The notes beneath the pieces were generated by a model. That model saw nothing but the letters and a program-made list of their open reading frames with translations. It did no database searches and was not told the origin of the DNA. DNA of 62,318 nt, the filler included, from Globobulimina sp. (taxonomy: Eukaryota): NCBI GenBank assembly GCA_003354225.1. It is 19 parts of 19 records of this genome, joined end to end, with 100 filler letters (N's around TTAATTAATTAA, not from the genome) between each part and the next. Parts side by side here need not be neighbours in the genome. Positions count along the whole stretch, not along the records: positions 1 to 3,190 come from PIVH01003462.1; positions 3,291 to 6,480 come from PIVH01003463.1; positions 6,581 to 9,769 come from PIVH01003464.1; positions 9,870 to 13,057 come from PIVH01003465.1; 15 more parts are not named here. The stretch is one strand, 5' to 3'. A program made the translations under genes and the position numbers. Of this stretch, positions 1 through 11,706 are shown piece after piece. Position 1 is the first letter of the stretch. Each line of letters opens with the position of its first letter.

Positions 1-646
1 CTCGTTGTCGGTGGTTTCTTTCATAAATAAAACAATGCGAAATGTCACAGTATAAATGCGATTCTTCAGTCATTGTTTTATAAATGCAATTAAAGTGTTT
101 ATTGGATTTATGCGTCGACATATTATCTTCATTTAAATGTTTGTTTAATAGATGATGATAGTCGTTGATTAGATGCTTTTTCATGTTATACACATGCAAA
201 TATTTCTCAATCGCTTCGTAATTCTTATAATTAGCGCTATAAAATACTAATATGGATAGAAGCCGTTGTAACGCAATGCAATCTGTCAAAGATTTGCCGC
301 AACAAATATCTGCATCTGAAATGACATCAATATATAAATTATTGCCGATTTTATTGTTATTTTCATTTTCGTCGTGGTTATCATGGGGCGGTGGACACGC
401 TTTGTGGTCGTTATTTGAATGGAATGAGACTTGTGATAAACGATATAAACTGCCAAAGGATGACACTTTGGCCATACTGTATTGTGGCTCATCGCGCTTT
501 GTTTCCGTTTCTGTTTCATTTTCATTGTCTAATTTGGAGGGCAGCACAGTTTTAATCTCATCGTCTTCTTCTTCGTCGTTTGTGTCTCGGAAACAGTTTA
601 AGTCATTGTTTCCTGTTTGGGGTTCCCTTAATTTGTTCGTCTTCAT
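1..646 (-). CDS. Cys/His-domain (NDYHH/DTIH) family member, 3'-truncated; missing from ORF track
   Basis: Manual translation from ATG at 646 is open to the contig end: MKTNKLREP...CCGKSLTDCIALQRLL...LINDYHHLLNKH...YCDISHCFIYERNHRQR; same motifs as 20381-22783, 39442-40357, 52573-53634. Confidence 0.8.
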   Translation of the reverse strand, partial: MKTNKLREPQTGNNDLNCFRDTNDEEEDDEIKTVLPSKLDNENETETETKRDEPQYSMAKVSSFGSLYRLSQVSFHSNNDHKACPPPHDNHDENENNNKIGNNLYIDVISDADICCGKSLTDCIALQRLLSILVFYSANYKNYEAIEKYLHVYNMKKHLINDYHHLLNKHLNEDNMSTHKSNKHFNCIYKTMTEESHLYCDISHCFIYERNHRQR

Positions 647-868
647 TTTGAAAGGGTTTGGTGTGACTGTTTGGGAGGAATTGGGCAAAAAAGAGTGTTT
701 GTAGAGCTGTTTAAAGTGTAAAAATGTTTGAAAAAAAGGGACATTGAACTTTTCTACCGGCATTGCGTACACTGCGGTTTTTTAGAAAACTCAAACCATA
801 GCATTCTCAATTTACAACAGAAACATTAATATAATTCGAGAAAAAGATCTTTATTCATCTGTACCATG

Positions 869-2413
869 TCAATCATTCAAGTCATAGTATCGAATAAAAC
901 TAGGTCTAAACCCATTGATTTTACATTCTTTATTTTTTATGGTTATACCAAATAATTTTTCACCGGTTATACAAAATACCAAATAACTTCCCCGAAATAC
1001 ATCAATCATTTTTTGTTTAATATTTTCTTGCTGATCAATTGTATTAATATGCATTTCATCTTTAAAATTAAATTCAAAAATCACAGCAAAACTTGCAATT
1101 TCTGAGGCATTCAACACATTCACCATTCGCAACAAAAGCAAATTCAATTCAGCCGCATTGATTTTGTCTAGCTGTTCAACCCAAATTTGAATATCTAAAA
1201 CAAACTCCTTTTTTTTATTTTCCCTGCCATTAAATAGCCCAATTTCTACAAAGGACGCCATTTTTTCAAGTTGTTTATAATAAATAATCACTTCAAAATT
1301 ATTCAAATGCGGACAATTAACCATAATATCATTGACCACAGTTTTCATTTCATTTTCATCAAATTCTTCCCAACAATCCATGCAAAAACATTCCACATTT
1401 TTTAGAAATTGACTACTTTTCCGCAATATATCAATATAAGTCGATGTTGCATAAAGATGCCTCAATTTTGTACATTTAATGATTGAATGGGCAGCAATAT
1501 CAACGAACGGATCTTGATATTGGTCATCAAATAAAGTTAATCTCACCAATTGATGCGAATACATTTCAATTAATTTGTTTCTAAGTAAAGCTACGGGGCG
1601 ATGAGGGTCAGAAACTCGCAATATCTGCAACGTGGGTAATAATTTGGAGAAGCATTCATTTCCATCATATGCTGTTAAAAAAGTTTTTAAAATGCGTAAT
1701 TCTTTGAGATTTGGAAACTTTGCAAGAAATTCGCAAAATTTAGCAAAATTGAATGGATTTTCCTCGGAGCCAAATTGTTTACATTCTAAATATTGGATAT
1801 TGCTAAAATCAACAACACATTTTGCGCAGTTTCCAAACGTATTAATATGCAGAGATTCATCATTTAATGATTCATTGTTTAATTCCAAAGATTTTAAATG
1901 ATTTAATGCATGGATTCGTTTTGAGTTTGCTTTAATATATTTATTAAATTCCGATACCGAGAAAACAACTTCTGTTAAAAATGGAAAATTATTCAAATTA
2001 AACTTAATTTTATTATTATCAGCATCAAGCCGTAATAAATGGGACGGCGAATAACAAGAAACATAAATGAATCTTGAACATGTTGCAAAGTTTAGAAATG
2101 ACATGGTATCTAAATAAGAACTGCATTTCTGAAATATGGATGATGCCAAATCAGTCAGTTTGTATGCGGATATATCTGACTCTGATTTAAATTCGGTTTC
2201 CTGTCTTGATTCTATTATATTTGATATTATCTCTGTTACCTTTGTTAAGCAATTATTATTTTGTCTGTTTAAGTATCTTTGATAAAAATGATTAAAAATA
2301 CAAGATAAAATCTCTTCGCTGCTATGCGTATCCATTAATTGTTTGATGAATATTTCAAATTCTTTCTCATGTAATTTATTTGCCAACAATCGGAATGCTA
2401 TCAATGACTCCAT
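869..2413 (-). CDS. F-box-like / leucine-rich repeat protein
   Basis: Long ORF, likely ATG at 2413 (MESLIAF); F-box-like LTDLASSIFQKCSSYLD..FATCSR followed by LRR-like LKSLEL, FPNLKELRI, CPHLNNF. Confidence 0.6.
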   Translation of the reverse strand: MESLIAFRLLANKLHEKEFEIFIKQLMDTHSSEEILSCIFNHFYQRYLNRQNNNCLTKVTEIISNIIESRQETEFKSESDISAYKLTDLASSIFQKCSSYLDTMSFLNFATCSRFIYVSCYSPSHLLRLDADNNKIKFNLNNFPFLTEVVFSVSEFNKYIKANSKRIHALNHLKSLELNNESLNDESLHINTFGNCAKCVVDFSNIQYLECKQFGSEENPFNFAKFCEFLAKFPNLKELRILKTFLTAYDGNECFSKLLPTLQILRVSDPHRPVALLRNKLIEMYSHQLVRLTLFDDQYQDPFVDIAAHSIIKCTKLRHLYATSTYIDILRKSSQFLKNVECFCMDCWEEFDENEMKTVVNDIMVNCPHLNNFEVIIYYKQLEKMASFVEIGLFNGRENKKKEFVLDIQIWVEQLDKINAAELNLLLLRMVNVLNASEIASFAVIFEFNFKDEMHINTIDQQENIKQKMIDVFRGSYLVFCITGEKLFGITIKNKECKINGFRPSFIRYYDLND

Positions 2414-2557
2414 GGTCTTTGTAGTTGAGACAAAGATTGTGCAAGGATCCAACGAGGAATTGGCGTGACAAATCGAACTATCGGAGTGACAGCTTAAGTC
2501 TGTGCAAGGAGGAATTGATAAAATATATGTAATTTGTAATATTACCATAAAACAGAT

Positions 2558-3184
2558 TCATTTTATATTGTAGATATCCTTGAGATATTGTTCTATTTTT
2601 TCTATTTCTTGAATGATTAATACTTTATTAAATATAAACATATGTCCAATGGCCCAGTCAGACGATTCTTTATGGACTCCATTGTTAATCGATAACTTGG
2701 TAATTTGTGAAGTATTTCCATGTGTTATACTCCTTTGTACACCATTTGATCGATATAAATTTGCCTGATCCACTGATATCACCCAATTGTCGCCATGTAT
2801 ATCTTGATGATGATTTGTTAACCATTTGGCATGATGGCATACACCGCTTTTACCACTCCAATGACCAGATAGCCAGTTATAATTACTACAATTTACAATT
2901 CTTTTTCTGCTCAACCCATTATATCTGGCAACATGTATCAAAGTGTATGTAATTGGTAACCACAAATCTTTCGGCAATGCAATATATGCATTGACTCCAC
3001 CATGAATATATGACATATATCCATTATTTGCAACCGTTTTTTTAATATCACCTTTCATATTAATTGAAGTAATATGATTTCCACAGTTTGTTAAATCATA
3101 CCACATTTTATTTTTGTCATCAAACGAGTCCGCAGTAAACCAACCAATCAAACATTTATCAGTTTCTTTTGAAATTAAAGACAT
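2558..3184 (-). CDS. Concanavalin A/LamG-like lectin-fold domain protein (possibly 5'-partial)
   Basis: LIGWFTAD..WYDLTNCGNH start and W-rich core; ends SDWAIGHMFIFNKVL..EIEKIEQYL, typical of the LamG-like fold. Confidence 0.55.
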   Translation of the reverse strand: MSLISKETDKCLIGWFTADSFDDKNKMWYDLTNCGNHITSINMKGDIKKTVANNGYMSYIHGGVNAYIALPKDLWLPITYTLIHVARYNGLSRKRIVNCSNYNWLSGHWSGKSGVCHHAKWLTNHHQDIHGDNWVISVDQANLYRSNGVQRSITHGNTSQITKLSINNGVHKESSDWAIGHMFIFNKVLIIQEIEKIEQYLKDIYNIK

Positions 3185-3190
3185 AAATTC

Positions 3191-3290
3191 NNNNNNNNNN
3201 NNNNNNNNNNNNNNNNNNNNNNNNNNNNNNNNNNTTAATTAATTAANNNNNNNNNNNNNNNNNNNNNNNNNNNNNNNNNNNNNNNNNNNN
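3191..3290. other. Artificial contig-joining spacer (first of 18)
   Basis: N44-TTAATTAATTAA-N44 (stops in all six frames); also starts at 6481, 9770, 13058, 16345, 19632, 22919, 26204, 29489, 32774, 36058, 39342, 42626, 45909, 49191, 52473, 55755, 59037. Confidence 0.99.
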
Positions 3291-3306
3291 CCATTTCATT
3301 ATAGAT

Positions 3307-4221
3307 TTGCATATTAATGAGATGAATAATAACAAAGGGGACGAAATCATGTCTGAATGTGTTCAATATGACAATATGTACTTTAAAGTGGGTCATCTCG
3401 AATATGGTGATATTGTAAAATGTTATGGATGCGCTGGATGTTATATGTATTGTGTTCGTCCAATTGAAGGTTGGATAAAGTTTGTGGGTGCGGATGGAAA
3501 TAATCTCATTGTAAAATATGAAAAGTTTATTGAGGAACTGGAAGCTGGTGCGATTTTATTGGATGATGCTAAAATGAGCAGCGACTCGAAATATCATTTT
3601 AAATTTGCAATTTTAACCAAATACATTCGTCAAAGTCTGTTATGTGAGCATGTAATAAATAACATTGAAGATGATGAAAGCGATGACTTTGATCGATACT
3701 ATAATTTAATGGATATATTGAATGCCATTGAAAGCAGAGAGAGTACACAATGCTTTAAGGTGATATATTTTATGCATATGTACACATTTATGCATATGTC
3801 ACATTCGGAACCAACGCAAGAGAAACATATTAAGATATTGATGAATATTACAAATGATAAAAATGCGGAATTAATTATTATTACCATTCAGAACAATGTT
3901 TCTCATGATTATAATGTTAAATTGCCAATGCTTATAAATGGGGTAGAATTAAGAGGATATATTGTTGGAAGAACAGCTTATAATATATTTGATAAATATG
4001 ATTTAGAAAACCAAGTCTCATCGTTTAGATTTGGAATATTAATGTTAGGTCCAAGCAATCAAATATTTATAAGACCAAAAGAAGTTATCAATGAGTCAAC
4101 TTTTCGAAAAATACAATATCTGATACAAGGTAGGAGATTATCAAAAATCACAAATTTATTGACAGCGTCCAATAAATCGGTGCCATTGTTGAACAGAACA
4201 CTTTCTGTTGAGTCTGATTGA
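3307..4221 (+). CDS. Hypothetical protein
   Basis: 304-codon ORF with globular composition; no family recognised. Confidence 0.5.
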   Translation: MHINEMNNNKGDEIMSECVQYDNMYFKVGHLEYGDIVKCYGCAGCYMYCVRPIEGWIKFVGADGNNLIVKYEKFIEELEAGAILLDDAKMSSDSKYHFKFAILTKYIRQSLLCEHVINNIEDDESDDFDRYYNLMDILNAIESRESTQCFKVIYFMHMYTFMHMSHSEPTQEKHIKILMNITNDKNAELIIITIQNNVSHDYNVKLPMLINGVELRGYIVGRTAYNIFDKYDLENQVSSFRFGILMLGPSNQIFIRPKEVINESTFRKIQYLIQGRRLSKITNLLTASNKSVPLLNRTLSVESD

Positions 4222-4336
4222 AATTCATTGATATGTGCTCAGAGTACATGTTTTTGTGTTATCTCTCTAGATCTGTGTGAAAAATTATTTGTTAAAAATA
4301 TTGTTGATTATTTTGTAGCAAGTTGAGGTTCACAAT

Positions 4337-6285
4337 TTAAAAGCCATGATAACCACTGTTATTATCGTTGTCATTATTATTATTTTGCTCCTTTTCCTTT
4401 TCCTCTTTAATTATCGCATCAACGACAACATCAACATCTGTTTTTTCTTGATTAAGTGGGTTTGATTCATATTTTCTTTCAAAATGAACATATGCGTCTT
4501 GAGGCAATTTACCATTTGGAAAAACATAAAAATTTGGCTCTACGAATTCATATTTAATTATTTCTGTCTCTGCTTGCATTGTATCAATGGCTTTCATCGC
4601 ATTATCTTTAGTTTTAACTTTAATTTCATCAAAAAAGTAATTGTTACACGAGCCATCATCCAATGTTATCGTCCATTGATCTTTTCTTATTGCGGTGATC
4701 TGACCGTAATGGTCATGTATCTCTGATACACTGTCCTCAGGATCAGAGTTAAAATCAATGTATGATCCTACTGCTACATCATCATTATCCTCCTTCTCGT
4801 CTTCATCTGCAATTATTTCTTTTTTAATTGGTTTCATAAAATCCCACTTTAATTTATGAGTTAAAGTGATAACAATATCATCACAGTTACCTAATAAATA
4901 AACATCAAATTGATTCGGATAACCAACAACTTCTCTGTTTATTAATATGGCCGGTATTTGCGGCGATAGCTTGGTAGGAATTGTATTAACGGGAGCCACC
5001 AACAACGATGTACCTAAAATTAACAATAAATCGCATTTTTTGATATCGTCCTCCAAAGTTTGATGGTAATTACTTGATAATGACTCACTGAAAAATACAA
5101 TGTCTGGTTTTATTACACCAAACGATGCGATCTCGTTTCGTAACCATTGAATGATCGCTGTTTTACATATTGCCAATACCTCAGTATCCTCACTTTTTAA
5201 TATCAATGTACGGAAATTCATATTGTTCTCGACATTTTGCTTTGGTTTGTTTTCCAAGAATAAATTGAGAGCATCCTGCACTTGGTTCAAATTCACCTCA
5301 TTGTCCTCATACATTGCTTTTTGTAATACATCATCATCAAAACTGAAAAACAAAAACACATTTATAGCAGAAACGATTTGTTATATATTATAGTACCTAA
5401 ATAAAATCGGACAGCCATTTTGAAGATACGTTATCGTGCACAATATTTTTGGTAAACGTATTTGTAAAATATTACCGCCTTTATTTTGCGTGATAAATGG
5501 TTTATGTTTTCGTAAATTATTATGATTGGTTGTGTTTTTTAAATGAATTAAATCAGATTTGTTTGGGCAGCAATACGGACAAAAAGGGATTTTTTCATTA
5601 AAAATGTGTTTTTGAATATGAATGCCGTTCATTTGAAACTGACAATTTATGCATGAGGCATGTAAATATGAACCATGACATGTTATAATATTATTAATCC
5701 CGGCTCGATATTCCAAAGTGTCAATATTTTGGGTATAATTGCGTAATAATTTGCCTTTTAATTCTAATAGTTTTATAAAATAATGTGTTGCAGTTGGATA
5801 ATATTTGATTTTTTTGTCATCAAAACCTGGACAAATATCACCACCAAATGAGTAAAATAATGATGGATCTTTTAAAAAATACTTCATATCAAACATCGTG
5901 GTGGGATCAGTTAAATTAAATTTATCCTTTAATGTGGAGTATAATCCATTTTCTGAGCGGAAATCTGGAATGCCGGCGGATACAGATATACCGGCACCGG
6001 TCAATACCAATATATTTGAGGATACATTGATTAATTCAATCACTTGTTCGATTTTATTTATACCACATAATTTTTCTCTGCCTGTGGATAGAATATTCGA
6101 TTGGAATAAAAATTCTTGAAATTCTTCTGCTGTTATCCCATCTGGCTATAATTCAATTGTTTTTTATTGTTATTAATAAAATGCATCTACAGACAATATA
6201 CCAATTGGATTCCGAGTGCTGCTGCTAAATCAAATCCAGCATCTTGACCATCGGCATTTTCGATCGGTGGAAACATTGACGACAT
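4337..6285 (-). CDS. NAD-dependent deacetylase, class I sirtuin (SIRT1/Sir2-like), 3 exons
   Basis: GAGISVSAGIPDFRS, YTQNIDTLE, HG, CxxC...CxxC, KPDIVFFSE, GTSL, LINRE; GT-AG introns 6146-6203 and 5343-5396 join the frames; ATG at 6285. Confidence 0.93.
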
Positions 6286-6580
6286 GAAACTAATGCGCAA
6301 AATAAAAAACTAGACCGTTTTTATATAAAAAAAAAAAAAAAATTCACTCAAAAAAATTTTATATATTATATTATATTTTAAAATCCACGGTCTTATCAAA
6401 GCATTAACCTTTTAATGTCAGGTTCTATCCTTGGTGCAACATTGACCCATTTTTCTTCGTTTTTTTCTCTGTTGTTTTTCNNNNNNNNNNNNNNNNNNNN
6501 NNNNNNNNNNNNNNNNNNNNNNNNTTAATTAATTAANNNNNNNNNNNNNNNNNNNNNNNNNNNNNNNNNNNNNNNNNNNN

Positions 6581-6903
6581 TGATAAATTTATTTCCAAAT
6601 TTGGATCATATTGTTATTCAATGTACAGATATTGATGGACGTTATTCATATCAATTTTCATTATGTGGTTTATTGGATATTTTAAGTGAAACAAGAAAAA
6701 GAAATAAAATAAAATGTTCATTATATGGCGTATGGAAGGATCATAGAAAAGGGAGTGGAGATAGACGAAGTTGGTTATATTTTGTATATTGGTCAATCTC
6801 ATCATCATTAAATATTAAATATCCAAAAATTAAAATATCAATTCAACAAACAAGTGATATTGATGGATGGAGACAAGATTTATTAATTTTTGACTGTGTG
6901 TGA
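6581..6903 (+). CDS. 3' end of an unidentified gene
   Basis: Open frame from the contig start to TGA at 6903; no family recognised. Confidence 0.35.
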
Positions 6904-7586
6904 TTGTTATTTATGTGTTTTGTACAGAAGATTCTCAAAATCGTCCGAGAAAAAAATAAAAAACGTGTCTTGATCGAAGTATTTGCACTGCAAAAATGGA
7001 CCGCAGATGAAACACTAAACGGTAAAATATTAGGAATAATCGACAAAAAAAACACAAAACGACAGCTGCACAATTAACTTATCCACAGTTAAATAATTAG
7101 AAGCAAATATATATAATAAAAAGAAATTGAGCCAATTGTTACAAACACTCCTGGCGATGCTAAATGCTGTCTGTATGCGGCACCGCCGACCTCCGTAGGC
7201 GTCATAGATACGGATGCCTCAATCAGCGGACTCTGAATTGCTACCGATGGCTCCATTGAAATTCGACTGAGAACACTTAAACAAACAACAACAGGATGTT
7301 TTTATGCAAATCCTCGTCTTTCATCAGCCGGCCTTCCTCAATGTGGTAATTTGTGTGTCTGTTCCGCCACGAATTTGTGTGTCTGTTCGGCTCCAAGTTG
7401 TCACATTAACAAAACACACGATGATGCTCAATATTCGATCCAGTCTTAATCTACGAATAATTGATAATAAATAATGAATATTCTTTGGAATAAGTTGGCA
7501 AAAACAGCCTTGGTTGCTACGTTCTGATGGCATGGCAAATAAATTGTTGCCAAGTCCGAAGTGAAAAACTTACAAGAAATAACAAG

Positions 7587-8960
7587 TTAATTTTGAATAT
7601 CATGATATGACACCGAGCATGAAGTGATAGGAAAAATCCTCTTCTTAAATAAATTGGGATAGTTCTCATAACTTTGCAATGGTTTTGGAATCTTATGCGA
7701 CATTAACGATAAGCCGGCCAGACCCATGTAACCATGCAATATGTCACCATACGGAATATGTGGCAACTTCGCAAAGCCACCAAACCCCGATTGGCACAAA
7801 AGATTAAAGATGCGATTAAATCGATGATTACACAAATTATAAAATTCCTTATCACCGCAATGATAAAACTGCTTCAAATCCATCATATCCATCACATTGC
7901 CATCGCCCACCTCCTCCCTCTTTTTCTCCTCCTCTTTCCCTTCAGATCCGCCACCAATCTGTTTGTACGAAGACAACATTGACAGCACCGCACCGCACCA
8001 AAAACTATAACAAGAATCCGCCGGTTTTTCCGGCCGTCCCTTAAATCCGTTGCCTTGGTTGAATAGCAACCATCGCAGCAACGCGTCCACCTCAATCCGA
8101 TGCAACTTATTCATCAAAACCAAGGCGGCCACCCCGACAAAAGTGGAGCCGCCATGTCCTTCAAAGTGGCGTCCAAACCCTAACGAACCGTCATACGCTT
8201 GGCAGCCACAGATAAACTCCGTCGCTTTCTCAACATTGACACCGCTCCAATCATCCAACAAATGCGAGATGACACAGGCACAATAAATAAATCTCAAATC
8301 CACTTCGCCGTCACGCATTGAGCAGAATGCCCCGGTCAACGGGTCCTGTAACTCGCGCATTGTGGCGATGATCCCGGCTCTGTCCAAACGCTGCAAGTCG
8401 TCGCCTAAGCCGACCAACATACAAATCGCATTGTGCGTGGACGCCATGTTAACTCTGTCCCACTTATTGGTCACTGTCACCGTGCTGTTCTCAAAGGGGA
8501 TGCCGAGGAAGGAGCCGCCACGAAAGCCGCCGCATTTGATGCCCGTATCGGTGCTGCGCACAATTTGTTGCGCATAGATCCAATTTATGATATCAGTCCG
8601 CTCTTTTTTGAGGCTCTCACATGAGTTGTAATATAAGTTGAGATCGCATAGTATGTCGATGCCGAACACGCTGAAGAATAACAACGTCATTCGCTGTACG
8701 TCCATGGCGGCGTATTGCGAGGGCGGTGTCTCAATCATGGCGCGAAAATACGACAAATGAAGGTCGGGATCGAATTTGTGCTGTTCCAAGTCTTCGAATA
8801 TGCCGATGTCTTCGGCGAAGGTTATGTAGATTGGCAACTTTTCGGTGTTGATTAACTGTGAGATTTGTTGTAGAGTATGGAGCTGGACATCAATTTCTTG
8901 GATTTTTAGGATGCGTTTGCCGATTAAAGATAATAGTTTGTTGTATTGGATCTGTGCCAT
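7587..8960 (-). CDS. PGGT1B: Geranylgeranyltransferase type I beta subunit
   Basis: RMTLLFF, GGFRGG, GEVDLRFIYCA, EGHGGSTF, GRPEKPADSCYSFW (Zn ligands D, C), DILHGYMGLAGLS; likely ATG at 8960. Confidence 0.9.
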   Translation of the reverse strand: MAQIQYNKLLSLIGKRILKIQEIDVQLHTLQQISQLINTEKLPIYITFAEDIGIFEDLEQHKFDPDLHLSYFRAMIETPPSQYAAMDVQRMTLLFFSVFGIDILCDLNLYYNSCESLKKERTDIINWIYAQQIVRSTDTGIKCGGFRGGSFLGIPFENSTVTVTNKWDRVNMASTHNAICMLVGLGDDLQRLDRAGIIATMRELQDPLTGAFCSMRDGEVDLRFIYCACVISHLLDDWSGVNVEKATEFICGCQAYDGSLGFGRHFEGHGGSTFVGVAALVLMNKLHRIEVDALLRWLLFNQGNGFKGRPEKPADSCYSFWCGAVLSMLSSYKQIGGGSEGKEEEKKREEVGDGNVMDMMDLKQFYHCGDKEFYNLCNHRFNRIFNLLCQSGFGGFAKLPHIPYGDILHGYMGLAGLSLMSHKIPKPLQSYENYPNLFKKRIFPITSCSVSYHDIQN

Positions 8961-9263
8961 GGTGGTGGTGCTTGTGCCGGTGTTTGGGTTTGGGTTTGGT
9001 GATGATGCCGGCGGGCTAGGTTTGGGTTTATCGATGGCGTAAACGTAAGTTATTCCATTTCGAGATCCTAAGCGTAATCCAAAGGGACGGGATCGAAACA
9101 CCTGTACCGTTTCTGTTGGGTATTTTTGTGTTTTGGTTTATTGTGATATGTGATCGATGCGTGATGGTAGAACCTGGAGGTATCTTTTTTGAAGCCATGC
9201 TCAAGCGAAGGAAAATACGTCTAACTAAGATTGAAAACAGCTTAAATAAATCTTTTTGCAACC

Positions 9264-9769
9264 ATGGAAAACTGTGTAAGTGCAACCATGGAAAGACAAT
9301 CAAAACAATCAATTGATTCACCAACATTGCAATACAATGACGAACCAGAAATGTCACTAAAAGAAGCCTTATCAAATAAAAAACTGTGGAAAATAACAAT
9401 GTATGGCATGTTTATTGCATTTGCATTCAGATTGCCAGCGATTGTGATGCCAATTCTTGGTGCGCATTATTTTGAAGCAGCCGATTCTGACAATGGCAAT
9501 ACCACCGGATGCAACTCAAAAGGTAATGCGACATACGCAATGTGGTTCAGTTTATTTTCCTGTATCGGCGGAGCATTTGGATTTGTTTTTGAATCTTATT
9601 TGGGCCGTATTTCCGATGCCGTTGGACGTAAAAAAATTATGTGCCTGACATGGTTTGCATTATTTATTGGCAATGCATCCATGTGTTTGACAAATAATGT
9701 ATGGTTTTATTTAACCTTATTTCCCTTATCATCATTATGCGGATTGTTTGCCGGAATGCCGACTGTTTT
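9264..9769 (+). CDS. MFS transporter (TetA/HIAT-like), 3'-truncated
   Basis: MFS motif A LGRISDAVGRKK between hydrophobic helices. Confidence 0.8.
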
Positions 9770-10043
9770 NNNNNNNNNNNNNNNNNNNNNNNNNNNNNNN
9801 NNNNNNNNNNNNNTTAATTAATTAANNNNNNNNNNNNNNNNNNNNNNNNNNNNNNNNNNNNNNNNNNNNCATTGCTAATTTAGCAATTCATTGAAATATT
9901 GTTTTTAGTCAACAACACAACATATTATCCACTCTAGCAGCGCATTTAACTGAATTGAAAGTGGACACTATATAATAATACTTTTTCTTCACATGTAAGT
10001 ACATCAACCTTGCATACATTAAATACACATTGCCTAATAGCAG

Positions 10044-10661
10044 TTATCTATTTGAGTAGTAACTCATCATAGTTCCCCAATAAACCCTGACACAGTCACA
10101 AAATACTGATCTATACTTGAATGGCAACGAAAACGTCACGAACTGTGCAGGAGCCCACACTTTCCAACACGCAAATAACATCGGTCTCCAATTTGTTTTT
10201 ATTCTTTCTTTTGTGTCATCCATTCTTAATCCACTCAGCATTGATGTTGCAAATAAAAACCACACCATATAAGGTGGGCAGGCCACTAACTGATCAACAC
10301 TCACTTTAGCAACAACAGCAAGTTTTGGATGTTTTATGCCAAATTTGAATATTCGAGCATCCAAAAATCTGTGCCAAAAATGCAGGTACGGCACATGGAA
10401 TATTGCCATAAAACTCGCCAATCTCAAAGTACGGATTTTATCATAATGATGCTTCCAAAACAGTATTCTTCCTTTGTTTATGCAATTATCATTGTTTTCA
10501 TCCAAGAATGAGTTTGACAATGATCGAAATTCAATATATTGCTGTACCACATCGGCAAATGACATAATGATAATGTTTGTTAATATTTTGGTTGGAATGG
10601 GACGTTGCTCAAGTAATCTAGAATAATGTTTGAAAATAGTGGATATTTGACGTAGCAGCAT
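10044..10661 (-). CDS. Mpv17/PMP22 family membrane protein
   Basis: LEQRPIPTK, ADVVQQ, RTLR, KVSVDQLV, WKVWAPAQFVTF..PFKYR. Confidence 0.88.
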   Translation of the reverse strand: MLLRQISTIFKHYSRLLEQRPIPTKILTNIIIMSFADVVQQYIEFRSLSNSFLDENNDNCINKGRILFWKHHYDKIRTLRLASFMAIFHVPYLHFWHRFLDARIFKFGIKHPKLAVVAKVSVDQLVACPPYMVWFLFATSMLSGLRMDDTKERIKTNWRPMLFACWKVWAPAQFVTFSLPFKYRSVFCDCVRVYWGTMMSYYSNR

Positions 10662-10863
10662 GGTCGCAGTAAATTAGTTACTGGGTTTTCTTGTCAATCT
10701 TGTGGTGTCAGATAAAATTACACGGGTCGGTCGCACGGAACAAAGGCACTTTTATGACTGCACTTCATATGCGATGTGATTGGTACAGACCAAATAGTGC
10801 AGCTCCAATGTTTACTAGGATAGTTTAGGTTTATGTGGAAAACCTTAAGTTCTGAAATCTGAC

Positions 10864-11553
10864 ATGTCAACCAATGCTCCGTGGTCGGTAACACAAAGGG
10901 TTTCATGGGGCATATTATCCCTCATGTCTGGAGCCATTGGTGTTGTTTCAATGCATTGGATATACAACAAAACCAAAATATTTGGACCATCTGAAACGGC
11001 CACCAAAATGGCAGCAACTAATCCACAAATTGCTGCTTGGCAAAAGCAACAAGTTCCATTTTTTTCACATGTTATTGGATCAGTTTCAGCATTATTAATC
11101 ATCCCAATACAATTGTATTATGTGGATAAAATTAGCAGAAATTATGATGATGAAAAAAGAGCAGGCAATAAATATAATTTCCTGCATAAATGGTTAGGCA
11201 GAATATATCTTTTTGGTGGTATTGGAGTTGGTGGAATTACCTCACTTATGTTAGCGAAAAATACTGCGGCTGGTCCAATTGCTAAATATGGTTTTGGCTC
11301 AATGGGCGTATTATGGATATTTACGGGAGCTAAAGCATATTATTATGGTTATTTTAAGAAGTATAAAAAACATAGAAAATGGATGATAAGAAATATGTCT
11401 TTGACAATGGCTGCTATAACATTGCGAGTCTATTATCCCATGTCATATTTCGTAATTAAGACAGACAGAATGCGAGCATATAGAGTCATTTCTTGGTTGT
11501 GTTGGGTTCCAAATGTTATATTTGCTGAATATTGGTTAGCCAACAATTTATAA
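10864..11553 (+). CDS. DUF2306-like membrane protein
   Basis: HVIG..ALL..PIQL, HKWLGRIY, HRKWMIR, AITLR, WLCWVPN. Confidence 0.8.
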   Translation: MSTNAPWSVTQRVSWGILSLMSGAIGVVSMHWIYNKTKIFGPSETATKMAATNPQIAAWQKQQVPFFSHVIGSVSALLIIPIQLYYVDKISRNYDDEKRAGNKYNFLHKWLGRIYLFGGIGVGGITSLMLAKNTAAGPIAKYGFGSMGVLWIFTGAKAYYYGYFKKYKKHRKWMIRNMSLTMAAITLRVYYPMSYFVIKTDRMRAYRVISWLCWVPNVIFAEYWLANNL

Positions 11554-11706
11554 ATAACGCTTATATAATTGTAAATTAAATTCATATTAATTGACATAAT
11601 AACAGTTTTCGTCTAATTACATTCTGTTCAAAATTCATCTAATTTAATACATATAAAGAATACGATTGAGGATAATAATAATGTTCATATGACGGGCTAA
11701 ACAAAA

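Noticed and set aside
252-704. Plus-strand 150-aa ORF and many similar short track ORFs (e.g. 11644-12072, 32096-32737, 57813-58601)
   Set aside because: They are antisense or off-frame shadows of better-supported genes.
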